A stretch of 39,835 bases of DNA, from contig CAZIHD010000003.1 of NCBI GenBank assembly GCA_964539015.1, forward strand, positions 1 through 39,835. Direction: 5' to 3'. The notes beneath the pieces are model-generated. The model saw only the letters and a list, made by a program, of their open reading frames with translations, was not told the DNA's origin and did not search any database. The stretch is from an uncultured Gammaproteobacteria bacterium (GTDB lineage Bacteria > Patescibacteriota > Patescibacteriia > Patescibacteriales > UBA12465). This document shows positions 34,918 to 39,835 of this stretch, piece after piece. Position numbers and translations under genes: made by a program. Each line of letters opens with the position of its first letter. The first letter of the stretch is position 1.

Positions 34918-35934
34918 TTAATATTTTATTATTAAGTAGGCGCTAAAGACTTGATATAGCAAGTCATAGCGCATTTCAAATATACATTGGCTGCTTTTTG
35001 TCTGCCAATCCTTATATAATTCAAAGGATGGGGACGTACGCAGATTAGTCCGATGCTCGCTGTTGAGGCCAACAGCGAAACGCAGCCAATCGTCGCCGAT
35101 TTTTTTTCCAAACATCATCTCGTAAGTTTCTGTCTTGCCGATACGTCGGCCTTCAAACTTCAGAGAATAATCACCTTTAACACATATCGGTGAAAAATGT
35201 TTATAGAAAAATACCGGTACGACTAGATAGCTGGTGGCATCGAGATAATTCTCCTGAGCGAAGAATTTTTGGTTGATATGACCAAATCCGGCTTGGGATT
35301 TGAACCAAAAATTTCCATTTGGTTGATAATTGACAAAGTTAAAATTGCCAAAATTTTCCAAATTTCTGGTGCCCAGAAAAGCCCAGTCTTGGCCATCTTG
35401 CTTGCCAACGGCAATGAAGGCATGGGTGGGATGATAGGCAACCCAGCCATACAGAGCGTCTTTCGAAGCTATGCCTGTACTTATCGGATGATAAGTAAGC
35501 GCGTAAAATTCCGCCGTTAAATCATTGAACGAAAGGCGCGCACCGGCATAATCAGTCGGGATGTTATTCTTATCGACTATACGGCCAACCTCCAACATGG
35601 TGGACAACGAGCCAAATTGTTTATTACCCCAGATGTCGGCCACGAATCTATCCTTAGAATCGCCGTCGCCAATCTTAACTACCATTCCGCTTAAAGAGGC
35701 TGTCCGGTTTGACCAAATTTTCGGAACTTTAATTCCAAAAACGTCATCACCGCCAGCTTTATAGTCATATTTCAGACTGGCAAATTTGGTAGTTATTTCA
35801 ACCCGCTGGATTGAAATTTGGGTTTTAGTAGAATCGGCAATTACTGAACTTTCCAGATTAACCGATTGAGCCTTAATGGTTTGCGCCAAGCAGATTAAGC
35901 TGACGCTGATAATTACAATAATTATATTCTTCAT
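34918..35934 (-). CDS. Hypothetical secreted protein with outer-membrane beta-barrel-like features
   Basis: The signal peptide is MKNIIIVIISVSLICLAQTIKA. The protein is rich in Gly, Asn and aromatic residues and shows amphipathic alternation. The C-terminus ...FSAYLIIKY has hydrophobic residues at positions 0, -2, -4, -6 and -8 and ends in an aromatic residue. Confidence 0.55.
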   Translation of the reverse strand: MKNIIIVIISVSLICLAQTIKAQSVNLESSVIADSTKTQISIQRVEITTKFASLKYDYKAGGDDVFGIKVPKIWSNRTASLSGMVVKIGDGDSKDRFVADIWGNKQFGSLSTMLEVGRIVDKNNIPTDYAGARLSFNDLTAEFYALTYHPISTGIASKDALYGWVAYHPTHAFIAVGKQDGQDWAFLGTRNLENFGNFNFVNYQPNGNFWFKSQAGFGHINQKFFAQENYLDATSYLVVPVFFYKHFSPICVKGDYSLKFEGRRIGKTETYEMMFGKKIGDDWLRFAVGLNSEHRTNLRTSPSFELYKDWQTKSSQCIFEMRYDLLYQVFSAYLIIKY

Positions 35935-36000
35935 CTCTTCTGTATTTGTTTGTTAATAATTTATTGATAAATGCTCAAAAAGAGCGAAAACTAATAATTA

Positions 36001-37149
36001 TTAACAAACCAAGGGGATCGGCTCTTGAAGGAAACGAAACCCTGAATTCTGTCTCGGAATTGGCGGAATGCCCAATTTCTCTGACAGAAAAATACTAAAA
36101 ATGATTAGGCAATCAACAGAAATGATTGCCGATATACTTTGATTATCGTTATCATTAGATTGCCCGAAAGAAGATCCGGGCGGAGCGACCGTCGCTTGAT
36201 GATATTCCATGACTTGATGGTTAGCAGAAAAACTAACGTCATTAAAACCGGATATTTTTGGACTTAATAAAAATATTAAAGTCACAAACATTACCGGTAA
36301 AAAGGCATGTCGGCGAACCAAAAGGCGATTTTCTAAATAGCGACGATAATCACTAATTTTCAAATTACTTTTGGCAAATCGCTCAATATCGGCCAGCTCG
36401 TTTTCGGAGATTAAGGCAAAAAAATTAACTTGCCGCCGTTTAAACTCAATATTCATCGCCAAAGCTCGGGCGACAAACTTTGATTGCTGGAACCAAACCC
36501 GGCCAATCACAACCGGATAAAACACCAAGCAGATAAAGAAACTGAGGGGATTATTAATCCTAATTTTTTCTTTATCCTGATACCACCAAAGCCAAATCAG
36601 AAAAAATGCTAAAGGCAAATTATGCCAATAGAAATTTCCCAACCAGGCGAAAAGGCTGGTTAATAAATTCAACCAGAAGGCTAAACTATGAATATTGGCC
36701 CGGAAAATTGCCTCTTTTTGTTCAGCCCCCGGATTGAAAATATTTTCACTCCGTTTCTGGGCGCGAGACAATCTTGCCATAAAAGAATTATAATTCGCCC
36801 GAGAATCATGTTGGCGATGTTTAGCAACATTTTTATGGAATAGTGCAAGCAATTCCATCTCGGTCGAATTGGCGGCGATAACCGCAAAACGATCAAAATC
36901 GTTTCGTTTTAATTTTGAGTTAATTTCGGCCAAATCGGCAAAATATAACTCTGGGCCGTAATCAATGCCAAGACTTTGGGCATGATTTACTTTTTCATTT
37001 AAATATCGGACATCTTCACGGCCACGGTCTGCCTTGATGGGCGGAGACGGGTCGTTATCCATTTTACTGAATAAAGAGAAGAAACCAATATTATAAAGAA
37101 AAAAGCCGGCTAAAAGCGTTTTTAACACGATTAGAACGAAATTTCTCAT
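36001..37149 (-). CDS. Hypothetical polytopic membrane protein (382 aa)
   Basis: It has an N-terminal TM segment, a charged soluble segment, Trp-rich TM helices (FFLIWLWWY) and further TM segments. I recognised no family motif. Confidence 0.55.
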   Translation of the reverse strand: MRNFVLIVLKTLLAGFFLYNIGFFSLFSKMDNDPSPPIKADRGREDVRYLNEKVNHAQSLGIDYGPELYFADLAEINSKLKRNDFDRFAVIAANSTEMELLALFHKNVAKHRQHDSRANYNSFMARLSRAQKRSENIFNPGAEQKEAIFRANIHSLAFWLNLLTSLFAWLGNFYWHNLPLAFFLIWLWWYQDKEKIRINNPLSFFICLVFYPVVIGRVWFQQSKFVARALAMNIEFKRRQVNFFALISENELADIERFAKSNLKISDYRRYLENRLLVRRHAFLPVMFVTLIFLLSPKISGFNDVSFSANHQVMEYHQATVAPPGSSFGQSNDNDNQSISAIISVDCLIIFSIFLSEKLGIPPIPRQNSGFRFLQEPIPLVC

Positions 37150-37173
37150 TTTATGCTTTTGTTTTTAAAGAAA

Positions 37174-37189
37174 TTGCCAATATTGGCAA
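37174..37189. promoter_or_regulatory. Perfect 16-bp palindrome TTGCCAATATTGGCAA (candidate operator) just downstream of the -10 box
   Basis: The sequence is exactly self-complementary. It lies 7-22 nt downstream of the TATAGT -10 box, on the transcript start region of the 382-aa gene. Confidence 0.5.
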
Positions 37190-37195
37190 CCAAAA

Positions 37196-37224
37196 ACTAT
37201 ATCACAATTTATATATTTTGTCAA
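37196..37224 (-). promoter_or_regulatory. Promoter of the operon encoding the 382-aa and 338-aa proteins
   Basis: On the - strand: TTGACA (37224-37219), a 17-nt spacer, then TATAGT (37201-37196). Confidence 0.55.
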
Positions 37225-37267
37225 TCATAATTTAACCAAAAAATTAAATAATAATTTTGCTAAAAAT

Positions 37268-37290
37268 AAAAAAAATCTACTATTAGTAGA
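37268..37290 (-). terminator. Terminator after the methyltransferase-like gene
   Basis: The palindrome tctacta-t-tagtaga (37276-37290) is followed by 8 U on the - strand. Confidence 0.55.
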
Positions 37291-37326
37291 AATTTTTAAT
37301 AATTTATAATTATATTGATTGTCTGG

Positions 37327-37917
37327 TTAGATTTTATAAAAATAAATCTTTTGTCGATTAATCTTAATAATTTTTTCCGGTTTAAAAATTAAAACGGGAA
37401 AACGGCGACTAATTATTATTGTGCCCGGCAGGCATTCCGCTTGAAATTTTTTACCGAGCTTCGCCATGGTTTCGTTATTCAAATAACAATAAATAAGGTC
37501 GGCCGTACTTAAGTCCGCTGCAAAAAAATTCTGCTTAAATAAAATTATTTTACTTTTAAACAAGATTGTCCAAATCCGATCCAGCCAAAACAACACAAAA
37601 GAATTTTCTATTCCTGTTAACTTAGCCGACGGAAAAGATTTTTCCGCTTGCTTTAAAAATAATGCCCAGCCGCAGCCCAATTCATAAATATTCGAGCCGG
37701 CAAAAGAACCAATTTCCTTGATGATCTTATTAATTGTTTTAATATCCGTTGAAACAAAAGGCGCCCAGCCCTTAAAAATAATGTGATAAAATTGGGTAAC
37801 GGCAAAAACGCAATAAATCGTGAGAATAATTAAAAATAGAATCAAAAAAAACATGTGGAGATAATTATAACCGCAAAAGTCCGGCAAAAAACTTATTTTA
37901 ATTATAACATATTTCAT
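37327..37917 (-). CDS. Membrane-anchored class I SAM-dependent methyltransferase-like protein
   Basis: An N-terminal TM segment (FFLILFLIILTIYCVFAV) is followed by motif I, IYELGCGWALF, and a short Rossmann-like region. Confidence 0.55.
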   Translation of the reverse strand: MKYVIIKISFLPDFCGYNYLHMFFLILFLIILTIYCVFAVTQFYHIIFKGWAPFVSTDIKTINKIIKEIGSFAGSNIYELGCGWALFLKQAEKSFPSAKLTGIENSFVLFWLDRIWTILFKSKIILFKQNFFAADLSTADLIYCYLNNETMAKLGKKFQAECLPGTIIISRRFPVLIFKPEKIIKINRQKIYFYKI

Positions 37918-37921
37918 AATT

Positions 37922-37952
37922 AAAAAATGCGCCCGCTAGCAGACGCATTTTT
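37922..37952 (-). terminator. Terminator after the 126-aa gene
   Basis: aaaaatgcg pairs with cgcattttt across a 12-nt loop. Confidence 0.55.
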
Positions 37953-37971
37953 GAAAGATAATCACTATATT

Positions 37972-38352
37972 TTAATGTATTCGGGAATACAGGGGATGAT
38001 CAAAATCAGGGAGAAGGCGGCCGCTTACAAAAATGCCCTCTGTAGAACACTCGTCGCTGATACTTCGATATTCAAACTTTAAAAAATATAAAGTAAAAAG
38101 AACAACAAGCGTCCAGAATAAGCCAAACAATATTTGCGAAAATATTTTTTTTCTTCGCGGCCGTTCACGCGGAAAAATTCTTTTTCGAACAAGATAAACA
38201 ATTAAACAAGACAGGCCAAAAGCGATCCCGAGCAGATTAAAATAAAGACTGAACTGCCGTTCACAGATAGGCGGACATTTTATAGGCGGCTGTTCCGTAC
38301 AAACGGGACAATTTATTTGATTAATACCGTTTGATGTATTCGTAATATACAT
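37972..38352 (-). CDS. Hypothetical small membrane protein with a Cys-rich N-terminus
   Basis: The N-terminal NCPVCTEQPPIKCPPICE is followed by two TM helices separated by an Arg/Lys-rich loop. Confidence 0.5.
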   Translation of the reverse strand: MYITNTSNGINQINCPVCTEQPPIKCPPICERQFSLYFNLLGIAFGLSCLIVYLVRKRIFPRERPRRKKIFSQILFGLFWTLVVLFTLYFLKFEYRSISDECSTEGIFVSGRLLPDFDHPLYSRIH

Positions 38353-38435
38353 AACATTTCTACATTATTTTAACTAGCCAATGCATAGTTAAATTATAAA
38401 CAGAAATACAAATTTTAGCCAGAGTAATAAAAAAT

Positions 38436-38466
38436 AAAAATATCCCAACCAAGTTGAGATATTTTT
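38436..38466 (-). terminator. Terminator after tRNA-Glu
   Basis: aaaaatatcccaac pairs with gttgagatattttt. The single mismatch becomes a G.U pair on the - strand. Confidence 0.6.
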
Positions 38467-38473
38467 ATAAAAG

Positions 38474-38545
38474 TAGCCCCTACGGGAGTCGGACCCGTGT
38501 TACCAGGATGAAAACCTGGTGTCCTAACCGTTAGACGAAAGGGCC
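38474..38545 (-). tRNA. tRNA-Glu (anticodon UUC)
   Basis: The - strand reads GGCCCUU-UC-GUCU-AACGGUU-AGGA-C-CCAGG-uuUUCau-CCUGG-UAAC-ACGGG-UCCGACU-CCCGU-AGGGGCU-A. It aligns closely with bacterial tRNA-Glu. Atypical features are C at T-loop position 55 and a G1.U72 pair. Confidence 0.8.
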
Positions 38546-38588
38546 AAGATAAAAAAATAAGAAGCAAATGTTCTTAATCGTTAAAAAT

Positions 38589-38617
38589 ATTGTATAGATA
38601 TTTTCCTGCTTTGTCAA
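38589..38617 (-). promoter_or_regulatory. Promoter of tRNA-Glu
   Basis: On the - strand: TTGACA (38617-38612), a 17-nt spacer, then TACAAT (38594-38589). Confidence 0.55.
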
Positions 38618-38656
38618 ATAAATTAATTTTATAAAAGCTGATACTCTTACCTAATA

Positions 38657-38684
38657 TTGCCTTTATTTCAAAAACCTTTACAAT
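38657..38684 (+). promoter_or_regulatory. Candidate tsaD promoter with the -10 box 8 nt before the ATG
   Basis: TTGCCT (38657-38662), a 16-nt spacer, TACAAT (38679-38684), 8 nt, then ATG at 38693. Confidence 0.4.
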
Positions 38685-38692
38685 GTTTATAT

Positions 38693-39730
38693 ATGTATAT
38701 TCTCGGCATTGAAAGCAGCTGCGATGAAAGCGCCGCCTCCGTCCTTCAGGCCTCTGGCCGAAAAACGGTAATTTTAAGTAATATAATCGCTTCTCAAATC
38801 GATATCCACGCTCAATACGGAGGAGTGATTCCGGAAATCGCCGCTCGTGAACATGTTTTAAATATTTTACCAACCATTGAGTCGGCGCTTAAACAAGCTA
38901 AAATTACTCATCGAGACTTAAAAGCTATCGCTGTCACTCAAGGTCCCGGTTTAATTACTTCTCTACTCGCCGGTGTTGAAACGGCCAAAGCGTTATCTTT
39001 AGTTTGGAACAAACCCTTGATTCCCGTTCACCACGTTATCGGCCACATCTACGCTAATTTTATCAACCAATCAACTTCACCTCGTTTTCCCATACTGGCG
39101 CTGGTAGTTTCCGGCGGACATAGTAACCTGGTTTACATGTCTGAACATTATCACTTCAAAATTATCGGCACCACCCGGGACGATGCTGCCGGTGAAGCTT
39201 ACGACAAGGCGGCGAAGATGTTAGGCCTTGATTATCCTGGCGGGCCGATTATCGCCCAATATGCTCAAGAGTTCCGAAACAACCGGATGGCATCCAATAT
39301 CCTTTTACCCCGGCCAATGTTAAATTCGCCCGATTTTGATTTTTCTTTTTCCGGACTAAAAACGGCCTTGCTTTATCAATTACAAAAAGACAAAGACTGG
39401 AAAAAACGACGGCCGGAATATTGTTTTGCCTTTGAACAAGCAATTATTGAAACTCTAATTCATAAAACGATCAAAGCGGCGACTAAATATTCACCAAAAA
39501 GTATCATTTTAGCCGGCGGGGTGGCGGCCAATCAAGCTTTACGCCAGCAACTTCAAGAAAAAATTACTGAAAAATTACCAAAAATAAAACTTTTTCTTCC
39601 GGAACTGGCTTATACCACTGACAATGCCGCCATGATTGCCTCAGCCGGATACTTTAGCTATTATCAGAAGAAAAACAAAGCCTATTTGCCTTATTCTCGT
39701 CTTTTGGCGCGTTGTGATCTAAAAATGTAA
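38693..39730 (+). CDS. tsaD: tRNA N6-adenosine threonylcarbamoyltransferase TsaD (Kae1/Gcp family)
   Basis: The N-terminus is MYILGIESSCDES. Other family motifs are HHVIGH and GGHS, plus GGVAAN near the C-terminus. The ORF is open from 38657, but the conserved N-terminus begins at 38693. Confidence 0.92.
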   Translation: MYILGIESSCDESAASVLQASGRKTVILSNIIASQIDIHAQYGGVIPEIAAREHVLNILPTIESALKQAKITHRDLKAIAVTQGPGLITSLLAGVETAKALSLVWNKPLIPVHHVIGHIYANFINQSTSPRFPILALVVSGGHSNLVYMSEHYHFKIIGTTRDDAAGEAYDKAAKMLGLDYPGGPIIAQYAQEFRNNRMASNILLPRPMLNSPDFDFSFSGLKTALLYQLQKDKDWKKRRPEYCFAFEQAIIETLIHKTIKAATKYSPKSIILAGGVAANQALRQQLQEKITEKLPKIKLFLPELAYTTDNAAMIASAGYFSYYQKKNKAYLPYSRLLARCDLKM

Positions 39731-39780
39731 TATAAATTTGCTTTTTTGCTGTTAATCCTTTAAAATACTGATTATTAACC

Positions 39781-39835
39781 GGCTCGATGGTGAAGTGGTC
39801 CAACACTGCAGTTTGCAAAACTGCCATTCGTGGGT
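39781..39835 (+). tRNA. tRNA-Cys (anticodon GCA), 5' portion; the 3' end lies outside the window
   Basis: The acceptor 5' strand is ggctcga. The D stem has an A13.A22-type mismatch, as in tRNA-Cys. The anticodon stem is gcagt/actgc with loop ttGCAaa. The sequence is truncated within the T arm. Confidence 0.8.

Noticed and set aside
34741-38545. Integrated mobile element or prophage remnant at tRNA-Glu
   Set aside because: I found no integrase, transposase or phage-like gene, and no direct repeat of the tRNA 3' end. I report it only as a compositionally atypical accessory cluster.
38574-38873. 99-aa minus-strand ORF overlapping the tsaD 5' end
   Set aside because: It covers the divergent promoter region and the conserved tsaD N-terminus on the opposite strand, and it has no homology features.
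1-39835. Alternative genetic code (UGA reassigned, as in some candidate phyla)
   Set aside because: Several well-conserved genes end at TGA at their expected C-termini (hsp20, the uvrA-like gene and the DHH-family gene). All conserved ORFs are uninterrupted under code 11.

Overview
This 39.8-kb window is gene-dense and mostly housekeeping. By gene content it looks like a small-genome, monoderm-type bacterium, possibly Patescibacteria/CPR-like; that placement is inference only. TGA works as a stop codon, so the standard code 11 applies. Recognisable genes are an LCP-family protein, der, pth, dprA-topA, a long minus-strand block (valS, a membrane protein, pheS, pheT, a small membrane protein), a DHH-family protein, hsp20 plus a small ORF plus a VanW-like protein, a secreted ComEC-type MBL protein, a histone-H1-like Lys/Ala protein, glyQS, argS, tyrS, a 1004-aa PilB/GspE-type ATPase, a translin-like protein with a metallophosphoesterase, a short UvrA paralog, a two-HKD PLD protein, a patatin-like protein, and tsaD. 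There are six tRNA genes: Ala-CGC (partial), Pro-CGG, Ile-UAU, Val-GAC, Glu-UUC and Cys-GCA (partial). I saw no rRNA, CRISPR array, transposase or integrase. Promoters follow a recurring TTGnnn-17-TAnnnT pattern, terminators are mostly A/T-flanked hairpins, and most genes lack a Shine-Dalgarno sequence. The observations most worth following up are: (1) the PilB-type ATPase is a tandem fusion of two complete ATPase modules; (2) a roughly 175-nt minus-strand structured RNA gene at 18.6-18.8 kb has its own near-consensus promoter and terminator; (3) a roughly 106-nt hairpin RNA element lies between pth and dprA; (4) an AT-rich four-gene accessory cluster next to tRNA-Glu encodes an outer-membrane-like beta-barrel protein and has a perfect 16-bp palindromic operator; (5) the UvrA paralog lacks the UvrB-binding domain and is translationally coupled to a tiny membrane protein; (6) the translin/TRAX-like protein forms an operon with a phosphoesterase.
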